Assembly: GCF_006345805.1 (NCBI RefSeq)
Contig: NW_021834454.1
Coordinates: 1 to 48,355, forward strand
Length of the DNA stretch: 48,355 nt
Source of the DNA: Octopus sinensis
Lineage: Eukaryota
Reading direction: 5' to 3'
A model generated the notes under the pieces. It was not told the DNA's origin and did not search any database. It saw only the letters and a program-made list of their open reading frames with translations. Within the stretch, counting starts at the first letter, position 1. Every line of letters begins with the position of its first letter. Below, one piece after another: positions 37,613-48,355 of the stretch. The position numbers were made by a program, and so were the translations under genes.

Positions 37613-38107
37613 CTAAGAGAGGTGAGAGAGAGAGTGAGGGTGAAGTGAGGGTGAGAGAGCCCCTATCTGCGATTGTAAGCCCAACGTGAACACACATAGC
37701 ACATAAACTCCACACAAAGAAGAAATATGCTCCAATGACGAACTAAATCAGCACGCACGTATAAGAATACCATGCCCAGAACAATGCCAAAATGATGCAA
37801 AGAAATAGATCGCACAAAAAAGATTTGCCCAAACGACTGATCCAAGGGAGAAAATAATCCAAATGAGGCCACTTGCTTCATCGATTCATTGGTTTTTTCA
37901 CATAAATTTAAGAGAACCCCGTGAACTAAACGAGTCTGTTTTCCAAAGTGGAGGCGAACACCCCTGTGCATGTGATCGGCTTGAAAAATTGTTAAGATAC
38001 TAGGATATTTTCCTACTTCTCTTAACATGAAACCATTGGTAGACTTAATTCACAAGTAAAGAATTTATATCCACCAATGCGATGTCTAGCACCAATTTAT
38101 CAACGTT

Positions 38108-38389
38108 TACACACACACACACACACACACACACTCATATATATATATATATATCCAAAATGGAATCAAATAGCTCTCCTCCATCCAGTGATCGGCTTGA
38201 GTTTATATACATATGTATGTATGCATGTATATATGCATATATATATATGTATATATGTATTCATATACGTATATTATATGTATATATATTATACATATAT
38301 AGACATGCATATATACATATACACACATACATAAATACACATACTCATATATATTTTGTATATATATATTATATATATATATATATTAT

Positions 38390-38456
<67 letters not shown>
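38108..38456. repeat. (CA)n/(TA)n microsatellite cluster
   Basis: Direct reading. Confidence 0.9.
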
Positions 38457-38800
38457 GAATATCATGCAATATGCAATACCTGTCGTGCATAAAGATTTTT
38501 ATACATCAATCACAACCAACCCGAGTTTAATTATTGATAAAATGAGGGAGCGAATTTGCCACATCTGTCACGACGTAAAATTCCTTTCACGAATTCTAAG
38601 GAACGTCCTTTTGATTCGTTACATGATCAATGAAAGACACATTTAACGATCTTATATTAAACCGATGTCTCAGTGATTGCAAACTAAGTTGCCTTACGCC
38701 GTCAACTCTCATTTGCACAGACGTACAAAATCAAAACCGATGTTCAACTCAAAGAAATCCTTGCATCTTTTACTAGTTTATGAACACATATAGAAATAGT

Positions 38801-38840
<40 letters not shown>

Positions 38841-39204
38841 CCTCTCTCTTTCCTTCACACTTACACGCATACTCTGATATATATATATATATATAATACT
38901 TTTTTATAGAATTACACAGTCATACATACATACATACATATATATACATATATATATATGTGTGCGTGTGTGTGTGTTGTGCATATATGATTGTGTGTAT
39001 ATATCCCTATATCTATCTATCTATCTATCTATTTATATATATATCTATATACATATATATATATTACGGAGATGTACTCGCATAGCAAGTAATTTGATCT
39101 GAGATCGTGTGCTGAAACGAAAACAATTGCAGCGTGGAAGGTGTTTATAAGCCATTTAAGAAACACACAAAAGCCGTTCGATTCACTCCAACATTTAAGT
39201 TTAA

Positions 39205-39254
39205 TTTGTCAAAATATTTTCGTCGCTAAAATCCGCGACCTGTTCACTGACAAA
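39205..39254 (-). ncRNA. Candidate hammerhead ribozyme with G3:C8-swapped core
   Basis: TTTGTCA-GTGAACA-G-GTCGC-GGATTTTA-GCGAC-GAAA-ATAT-TT-TGACAAA. Confidence 0.55.
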
Positions 39255-39271
39255 ATCCGTGCAGCACGGAC

Positions 39272-39322
39272 TTTGTCAGTGAACAGGTCGCGGTCTCAAA
39301 GCGATGAAAATATTTTGACAAA
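39272..39322 (+). ncRNA. Candidate hammerhead ribozyme with G3:C8-swapped core
   Basis: TTTGTCA-GTGAACA-G-GTCGC-GGTCTCAAA-GCGAT-GAAA-ATAT-TT-TGACAAA. Confidence 0.55.
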
Positions 39323-39404
39323 TTAACTTAAATGTTGAAGTGAATCGAACGGCTTTTGTATGTTTCTTAAATGGCTTACAAACACCTTCCACGCTGCAAT
39401 TGTT

Positions 39405-39457
<53 letters not shown>

Positions 39458-40670
39458 CATACCATACATCACATACATGCATTCATACATATCTATGTTA
39501 CTACTATATATATATATATATATTATATATATATATATATATTATTAACTTTATTATTATTATTATTATTATTATATTGCATAGAATGATATACAATGGT
39601 ATCACCCACAGGAGCTTCTCAGTGGTCATTTTTCTGCTAGACATAGCAGTGAAACCTGCCTTCAAATCAAGCAGCACCAACTGAATGACATGATACATCA
39701 GTGAATGAAGTTTTAGTAACGCTATCATTGAAGCGAATGTGAATAAAAGCAGACAAGACAATTTAAGAAAACGATGTTAATGCGAACAAATCTGAGTAGT
39801 AATGAGAGTAAAAGAAGAATGATATGAAGTTGAATTCAGATGTATTTTAAAACTAGAAGAATTATGAAGAAATACAATGTTATTACCTGTTCGAATATGC
39901 TAAAAGCACGTCCGGACTTGTAAACAAGCCATTCACTGTGTTTTGTCATGGAAAATTTTTCGCTGTAGACTCATGGTGTAAATAAACCATTGCCTAGCGC
40001 TATCACCCGCAATTTAATAACGACGAACCGTCGATTTGCGCTACAAACTGATGTATGTAAGAGAGATTGTCTCTTTTATTAGTTCGTCACCGTCAGGTTT
40101 CTTGACTGAAGAGGAGATAGCTACCCTGAAACGCTTGCATCTCACAGTCCGGGATAGGTGGCGCGGCGAGCTGATTTGGGAGTATATACACCATATGTCT
40201 ATAGCGAGAAATTTTCTCCATGACAAAAATTTAGTGTATATCTTGTGTACAAGTCTGAATGTGCTTTTAGCACATTTGAACTGGTATTATTGCTTCACGC
40301 TCTCACTCCGTCATGATAAAGACAGGCTATTTCTGCAGCGATTTGTATTGTCGTTATCTTAGTGTCGTTAGCCATTATTTAAGTGGAAGTATCTTACATC
40401 AAAGGGGAGGAGAAAAGCGAATTGAAATCAACCAAAATATATCGGCATCGGTTGAAGAAGATTTCGTCAAACCTATTTTCTGTTTCTCAGGTGGTAGTAA
40501 TGAATCGTGATTATTTTAATTGAATACGCACTACTACGCAACTGAACTAGAGATTTCATTCGTCAAAATTCGTTGTCTCGAGTAATAATGTAATAGTGAA
40601 TCATATCTTATAATTTGTAGTGATGATATTATATGAAATGATGTATTATGTGTGGGTAATATATTATATC

Positions 40671-41105
40671 TTTTATCTCGTTTCAATCATGCTGGGGCAG
40701 CAGACGAATCGACTTGAATAGGTTTTGCATTAAGGTACTCGCTTGTCGGTCTCTATTGCCGAAACGCTATTTTACGAAGGAGTAATCCCAACAAGATCAG
40801 CTTTCAAGGGGTGGTGGAAGACAACATAGAACAAAACACGTGGAAGACAACATAGAACAAAACACGTAGACACACACACATACACACACACATACAATTA
40901 CACACACAAACACACACACATACAATTACACACACAAACACATACACACATACAATTACACACACAAACACACACAGCGGCTTTTTTCAGTTTCCGCAAT
41001 TCCAATCCTTTTAGGAGGTTTTAGACGACCCAAAGCAACACGCATTTGAATGGAACCGGGAAAACTGTGGTTCAGAAGCAAACTTCTTACTACGCAGCAA
41101 CGCCT
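40671..41105 (-). mobile_element. SINE family C, degraded, with internal 26-bp and ~30-bp duplications
   Basis: CATGCTGGGGCA...TTGCCGAAACGCTA...TTTCAGTTTCCG...GAACCGG...AAGCAAACTTCTTAC. Confidence 0.65.
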
Positions 41106-41216
41106 TGTGCCTATGTACACACGCGCACGTACACACATACACGCGTGAACACACGCGCGCACACACGCACGCCCACACAGACGCACACGCACGAATACAC
41201 ACAAATAGAGAGATAG

Positions 41217-41263
<47 letters not shown>

Positions 41264-41353
41264 CTTTGTGTATGCGTCACACTTGAGAGATATAATTGTA
41301 GTATTTGAATAGACACTATGTATGTGCTGATGTTAGCACCAGATCTGTATATA

Positions 41354-42200
41354 CAACGTGTTCAGGTTAAATTTGGAGATTGCAAATGTCTCCTTAATTT
41401 CAAGAACAGCTTGATATACTGGTGGATGGTCAACGACGCTGGAGACCATGAATATTAAAGTTGTAGTTGAGAAAAAGTTAGCTGATATTGAAAACTTTAA
41501 GCCATTTGAATATTGGTAAATAGCTACCGGTACTATGATGGTCGGCGCTGATTATCAAAATGGCGACATCATGACCTCCTCAATGTTCTCTGAATACTGT
41601 AAATGTTGTGAGACGCCATATGGACAGTTGCAACCAAGACTAAGAAACCGTGGCAAGCAGAAAGACTTTGGGTGTGTCTTCAGTGATTTTGACCCCATGA
41701 TGTCATGTGACGCTGCTGGAGGCTGTGATCAAACCCTGGCAGAGCGGCGTTTGAAGGTCATATGTATGACAACAGGTTTCAGTTCATTATATCTTCAGAA
41801 AAAGACGGAAGTGGTTGTGGGAGAACTTCTACGAATTTATCAGCCCCGATTTCTGGATTCCTAGTTCCCCTCATTGTAGTCTCGTCAATAAGTGTGTGGG
41901 GTGCGGTGGAGAAATACACCACCAACCTACCTGCGGCAACAAGGCCAAGCTAGTGACAAAAATCAAGGTAATGTTGGAAGATCTTCCCAGGAACACAGTG
42001 AAAAACGCATGCGTCAGATTCCGAGCCGTAGTGGAAGTCGTAGTGGAAACTGAGAGCGACTACTCTGAGTAAAACGCTATCTCCCGGTCACTATCTAAGT
42101 TGACATTAATTTTGTCAAAGAAAATATCTCAAATTTTAAATGTGATATTTTGTGTTCTTTTCCTTTTATGCAAACTGTCAAATTTAGCCAGAACTTTCTG
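41354..42200 (+). mobile_element. Internally deleted Tc1/mariner transposon with decayed TIRs
   Basis: TA + CAACGTGTTCAGGTTAAATTTG...CAAATTTAGCCAGAAC. Protein relic DFWIPSSPHC...VWGAVEK...TVKNACVRFRAVVEVVVETESDYSE*. Confidence 0.8.
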
Positions 42201-42751
42201 TCCAATATGTATGTATGTATGTATGTCATTGTTCAATTTTATTACAAGATTTCTTGTCAATAGGAAAAGTGTCAGTTTCTAGTCTAGATGCAAGGTTTCT
42301 TCATTGGAATTTCAACATCAGCAACGGTTATAATTTTGCATGCATGTATGTATACATGCAGATTTGTATGCTTTCTTTTATGTATGTCTTCTCGTGCATA
42401 TACCTGTATATCTAATCATGCTCATATATACTTAAACGATGAACTTCTAGAAAGTTTTATAGATCTTTACAGTTCCAGTGATGACTTGGATCTGTAGTCT
42501 TCAAATTAGCTTTCTCCTTTCAGTTTTTGAGAAGCCTAATTCCTCAAGTTTGGTATCTAGTCTCTCCAATAATTACAGGTATGTGTGTATGTAGTAAGAG
42601 TCTAAAAGTGCATACATACATACATATACATACACACATAAGTATGTGTGTGCGTGTGTGTGTGTGTCTGCTACATGCGTACACATGTGAGTACATATCT
42701 TGCATATCTTGCACTTTGACTTTGTACTTTATACTTCTCAAAACATTTACT

Positions 42752-43063
42752 ATTTTACTCTTTTACTTGTTTCAAGGATTTGACTGTGGCCATGCTGGAG
42801 CACCGCCATTAGTCGAGGAAATTGACCCCAGGATTTATTCTTTGTAAGCCTAGTACTTATTCTATCGGTCTATTTTGCCGAACCGCTTAGATCGGTTGTC
42901 AAGCGTTGTTGGGGGGAGGGGGAGAAACACAGACACACAAACACACACACATATATATACCTATACATATATACGACAGGCTTTCAATTTCAGTCTACCA
43001 AATCCACTCACATGGCTTTGGACGGCCCGAGGCTATAGTAAAAGACACTTACCCAAGGTGCCT
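42752..43063 (-). mobile_element. SINE family C, 5'-truncated
   Basis: Colinear with 4214-4560. Confidence 0.88.
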
Positions 43064-43499
43064 CAATAGTATCGAAAGAGAATAATCTTAGTTAATGTCA
43101 TAATCGGTGGATCATCCGACAAAATGCCATGCATGACTGATTTTAAGTTTTAAATCTCGTTCATGTCAATTTCCTCTCTCACCACCCACTGCAGATGAAG
43201 TAGATACCAGCTATGTACTACGGTTGGTCTTATCGCTTCTAACATCAAACCATTCTGGAAGTTATTTGTAGTGTTAGGTGTGATAGCTATATAAGCAGTT
43301 GCAACAACAGTAGTAGTAGTAGTAGTAGTAGTAGTAGAAGGAGGAGGAGGAGGAGGAGGAGTACCAGCAGCAGCAACAGCAGCAGAAGTTGAAGTTATCC
43401 GTGGCATATAATCTGAAACAAGGATCGGTAATTTGTGGTTAAAAGGAAATATTTTCTGTTTACCACATTCATTAAAAAATTATGTTTCTACTTTTTGGA

Positions 43500-43934
43500 A
43501 CAAGAAGCGGTGGAAGGGAGAGAGAGTGAGGGAGGTAAAGAGGGGGAAAGAAACAGAGAGAGAGAGAAGACAGAGAGAGATGAGGCGAAGGATTACGATA
43601 CAAGATAAATTGTTTGAGAGAGAGAGAGAAATGAGGACTGTAACAAGATAGAGAGAGGGGGGGAGATGGTGCGGAGGAGATGGATAGATTCTTTGGGAGA
43701 GAGAGAAACGTGGATTGTAAGAGAGAGAGAGAGAGAGAGATAGAGGAGAGAGAAAGAGAGAAAGTGAGAAAGAAAGAGAGAGAGGGGCGGGGGAAAACGA
43801 TGCAAGATAAATTGTTTGGGAGAGATAGTGAAAGGAGGACTTTAGAGAGAGACAGAGATAAAGAATGAAACAGTACGAATGTGTTATCTGCGTGCGTGAG
43901 AGAGAAACACAGAGAAAGAGAGAAGTAGAGAGAG

Positions 43935-43965
<31 letters not shown>

Positions 43966-44134
43966 GATGTGTGTGTGTGAAACAAAGAGAAAGTGTGTAT
44001 GTATATGTGAGCGAGATACTACAAGTAGGTAGGAAATGATTGCGGTTATACACAGACAAGTAGTTATATAGATATTTAGACAGGCTGAGAATGAGAGTAA
44101 ATGAAATGTAGAAACAGTATAAAAAGTACGTGGT

Positions 44135-44176
<42 letters not shown>

Positions 44177-44400
44177 ACAGGTGGGAGGGCACAGAGATTC
44201 AAACGAAAATACAGATAGGAATAAAGCGAGACGCATAACACTGGTTAAAGAAGAGAGAGAAATAAAACAAATAAAATAGAAATAGAGGTATGGTGTAAAA
44301 AAAAAAGATAAAAATGGTAGGTGTAATATAGAGAGATGGCGACAGAGCGAGGGGTGGAGAGAGAACGTGGGTAAAAACGACGGAACGAGAGAGAAGATGA
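43500..44400. repeat. GA-rich low-complexity / (GA)n region
   Basis: Direct reading. Confidence 0.85.
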
Positions 44401-45199
44401 AACGAATATTCAGATATTTTGTTCTGAGATCTAAATTGCAAAATTTCAGCAACATTTACAGATACGTGGATACCATAAAATCTTAAAGATCACTCATGCT
44501 ATGTATTTAAAATTTAATTATGTTCGTTAAAGATACAAAAAATAAAATAAAATAAAATAAAATAAACAGGTTAAGAAACGCCAATTAGAAAATATATATC
44601 AACAAGGGAAGTAAAAAATAATACAAAATAAAAACAAAAGAAGCAAAAAAAAAACTAGAAAAATAAAACAAAAGAAACACACATCAAACGAACACCTTCA
44701 CGTTTTTAAACGTTAAGGAAAAAAAAAAACTTTGAAAAGATCTTTTTTTTTCTTTTTTGAATCTGCCAAGTTCGTTATAGATAATACGATAACTAATGAA
44801 GATGCTTCAAATTGTTTTATGATTTATGAGTAAAACACAAATATTTTTATTTATGTGTTTTCACTTTCTTCGTTTGTTAGATTCATCAACCCCCCCATTA
44901 ATTATTAACATTTCATTTTCTTCATCCTAGCAGGGTCAACGTAGTAGTGTGCTTGTCGATGTGACGCAATAACCTAACAAGTGTTCTGATTGGATAGGAT
45001 AGATAAAACGCGCAGCGCATTAAATATGAAGGAAACAAAAACGAGAGCGGTTGAAGAGTGGAAAATAAAGAAAATCTAAAAAGTAATTTATACTCAGTAT
45101 GTATGCATGCATGTATGTGTGTGTGTCTATATATGAGTGTGTGTGTGAGTGAGCGTGTGTACGTGTAAATACACAAATATATACGCATTCTTATACAAC

Positions 45200-45351
45200 T
45201 ATCATGCCTAGTATGAATATATATATAAATAGACATATATATATACATATATATATATATTATATATATATATATATATAATATATAATATATTATAAAT
45301 ATATATCTATATTATATATATATATAAAAAATATATATATATAAATTTATG

Positions 45352-45410
<59 letters not shown>

Positions 45411-45688
45411 TATATATAAAATGTAAAAATGTATATATGTATATATATATATGTATATATATATATACCGTGCATACATAGATGTACATCACATGGCTTA
45501 TGTAAATATACATATGAATATAAATAGATATATATTTTGATGTTTTTACATAGATATATACACTCCAAATGTTTATATATGTATATATATATATGTCTGT
45601 CTGTGTGTGCGTGTTTATGTGTGTCTGTCTGTCTATATGCATGTATGTATACACATTTACATACACACGCACCACACACACACACACA

Positions 45689-45728
<40 letters not shown>

Positions 45729-45940
45729 ATGCGTGTTAGACTGTGTGTTTATGTGCATGTGTAGGTATGTCTGTGTACCAAGAGAATCATAGATAGCGAT
45801 ATTGAGAAACGTACGTATCTTTTCACTCCTCAGTATTCCAACAACAAAAATGAACTTTAGACTGAGAAGAGAAATGACGACAAACGGAAATGAAAACCAG
45901 GTGTCGTATTTTACGTAAGAAAATAGTACCTTACGTTGTG

Positions 45941-45978
<38 letters not shown>

Positions 45979-46118
45979 CGGAACTCGTCACTGAGAGTGA
46001 AAATCAGTTTATTGAATAGCTTCTAGCTAAAGCACATATCTAGTGAGAAATCTCAATTCTGTTGTTTTGCAAGTTAGTTAATTATGTGATATACACATAC
46101 ATATATATATGCATATAT

Positions 46119-46173
<55 letters not shown>

Positions 46174-46277
46174 CACACACATATGCGTGTGTGCGTGCGT
46201 GTATGTGTGTGAGTGTATGTTTATGTTTGTGTGTATATATATATAATTATGTGTATGTATATTTATATACATATATA

Positions 46278-46337
<60 letters not shown>

Positions 46338-46440
46338 TAGACAGATAGCCAGCTTCACATATATAATCATATTTATGTATAATCATCTGTATATCCACAT
46401 ATACACACATATATATATATGTATACATGTATACATATAT

Positions 46441-46496
<56 letters not shown>

Positions 46497-46560
46497 TTAT
46501 ATAGATAGCATATATAATATATATCTATATATCTATCTATATATATATATACGTATATAT
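45200..46560. repeat. Dense (TA)n/(CA)n/(TG)n microsatellite clusters
   Basis: Direct reading. Confidence 0.85.
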
Positions 46561-47026
46561 GTGTGCCTATGTATGCACTTTCCTCCGTTCCGTTTCATAT
46601 TGTCACTTGAACAATGAACAGCTATTAAATAATGGATGAGATGAACCCATCGAGCAATTTTGCTGCACCATTTTTTTTCTGTCGCCTTTCCAACTACTAA
46701 ATAATAATGATTTGTTACAAACGCAGATGTCCACAGATTATGCAGGAACTCTTCCAAAGTTCATATGTGTTTTTTCTTTCTTCTTTTTTTTTTTTTAAAT
46801 ATCATTCCTACAGTTCTAGTCAAATTGATTCCGAAATTTCCTTTATTAGGTAGTGCAAGCTATGTTTAACTTTCAATGTTTTAAATCTTGCCCTTCTCTC
46901 AGAGATTAGGCTGTGGCAACGCTGTGGCACCTCTTTGAAGTGTTTCAGTGATTGTTTGTAAATCTGGTACTATTCTATCACGTCGTGTGTCGAATCGTTA
47001 AGCTATGGGGAAGCAAGAATTCCCAA

Positions 47027-47045
47027 TATATATGTATATATATAT

Positions 47046-47077
<32 letters not shown>

Positions 47078-47078
47078 G

Positions 47079-47152
<74 letters not shown>

Positions 47153-47169
47153 CTTATATATATATATAT

Positions 47170-47211
<42 letters not shown>

Positions 47212-47384
47212 ATACTTATATATATATACACACATATATATATACATATATACATATATACATATATATATATATAATATAATGTATGTATATATATATA
47301 CATATATAATAATATACATATATACAATATATATGCATATATTTACATACATATGTGCATATGTATCTATATCTTCTGTATCTT

Positions 47385-47462
<78 letters not shown>

Positions 47463-47522
47463 AATATATATATAATATATTATATATATATATATGTGTG
47501 TATATGTTTGTGTGTGTGTGTA
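47027..47522. repeat. ~500-bp degenerate (TA)n tract
   Basis: Direct reading. Confidence 0.95.
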
Positions 47523-47599
47523 TAAAGCCTTGATAACACATCTGAAGGAGCTTCATGTTCTACGGGTAGATGTTTTTTCAAGAAGCAACACGGCCTTCT

Positions 47600-47740
47600 G
47601 CTATCCAAGGTTCTTAACGATCCTATTTCAAGACAGGCAACTTGAAAGAGGGTAACAGTGTCGGACTCCTTTACTGAAAGCAATCACATAAGATTGACCA
47701 TTGTAAAGGTGAGATACTGGCGGTGCATCAGCAAAGCCAG
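47600..47740 (-). pseudogene. Possible non-LTR RT fragment
   Basis: YNGQSYVIAFSKGVRHCYPLSSCL resembles the GVRQGCPLSP motif. Confidence 0.35.
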
Positions 47741-47849
47741 AGACGTAGGGCTCAAACGTATAAAAGAATCAAGGAATGCACATACACACTAACATACACA
47801 CACACAAACACTCACACACACACACTCACATATATATATATATATGTGT

Positions 47850-47985
47850 CCGGTGGTTTACCAAATTTACACACAGACCACTGATTCACATGGGGCTGCT
47901 GTAGAAGCGAAAAGCCCAAAGTGCCGAGCAGTGGGACTGAGCTCGAATCACGTTGTTGCAAAGCAACCTTCATAACCACACAACT
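47850..47985 (-). mobile_element. SINE family C, degraded 5' part
   Basis: GCCCAAAGTGCCGAGCAGTGGGACTGA...AACCACACA. Confidence 0.6.
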
Positions 47986-48044
47986 ACATTCACACCTAAT
48001 GATAGATAAATTGATCAGATGTCATATGTGGCTTTCGTTCCAGT

Positions 48045-48170
48045 TACTGAAGAGATTCACATCCCTGCATGTTCATGAACCAATACTCTGGTTATGGTTC
48101 ATTGATGACATGTTTTTTTCTGGGAACGATCACAAGTAAATATAATTAACTTCTTGAATTCCTGTAAATG
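48045..48170 (+). pseudogene. PLE-type reverse-transcriptase catalytic-motif relic
   Basis: EPILWLWFIDDMFF resembles the PxxWxRYIDDIF motif of PLE RTs. Confidence 0.55.
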
Positions 48171-48186
48171 CTGCGCTAAAATCTAT

Positions 48187-48348
48187 GGCTTGGCACCAGT
48201 GACATCGCATCTCATTTCTACAGCTGAGTGAACGGAAGCAAGGTGAAATAAAGTGTCTTGCTCAAGAACACAACACGTAGCCCGGTCCGGGATTCGAACT
48301 CACAACCTCACGATCGTAAGCTTGACGCTCTAACCACTGACCCATGCG
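48187..48348 (-). mobile_element. tRNA-derived SINE family D, 5' part
   Basis: Minus strand TGGGTCAGTGG A box, GAGTTCGAATCC B box, then TTCTTGAGCAAGACAC. Confidence 0.85.
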
Positions 48349-48355
48349 AGTCCAT

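Larger units (their letters stand above)
39065..39407. mobile_element. Fold-back cassette between (TA)n tracts; 285-bp palindrome at 39121-39405
   Basis: Centre GTGC-A-GCAC at 39259-39267. Confidence 0.85.

Noticed and set aside
37663-38028. 121-aa non-repetitive ORF (also 40036-40362)
   Set aside because: No recognisable motif and no convincing splice structure. Compatible with chance or decayed TE sequence.
40106-40140. CTGAAGA...GAAAC hammerhead-like boxes
   Set aside because: Stem II has a mismatch and I found no stem I or proper cleavage-site pairing.
43472-44455. Longest ORF (327 aa)
   Set aside because: Leu/Ser-rich translation of (CT)n low-complexity DNA, a stop-poor artefact.

Overview
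AT-rich, gene-free-looking animal DNA (intergenic or intronic), almost entirely repeats. It is most likely an octopus/cephalopod genome; this is an inference from the tRNA-derived SINE families and the extreme (TA)n/(CA)n/(GA)n/(TTA)n load. I can support no intact host gene, and nearly all supplied ORFs are microsatellite or SINE translations. Contents: about 25 SINE copies or fragments from four families (labelled A-D here); decayed coding relics of Tc1/mariner transposases, Gypsy pol, a HERO/NeSL-type RLE, CR1 ORF2, and Penelope-like element (PLE) GIY-YIG and RT; one piggyBac-type MITE; and a 9 x ~191 bp satellite. The most interesting signal is a set of short non-coding cassettes lodged in or next to (TA)n tracts. 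They carry long fold-back inverted repeats and/or minimal type-I hammerhead-ribozyme motifs, consistent with PLE pseudo-LTR or retrozyme-like derivatives. One family has an apparent natural G3:C8-swapped hammerhead core (GUGAACA), present on both strands of a 285 bp palindrome, with a covarying relative 12.6 kb away. All alignments and folds were done by eye and coordinates of decayed elements are approximate.
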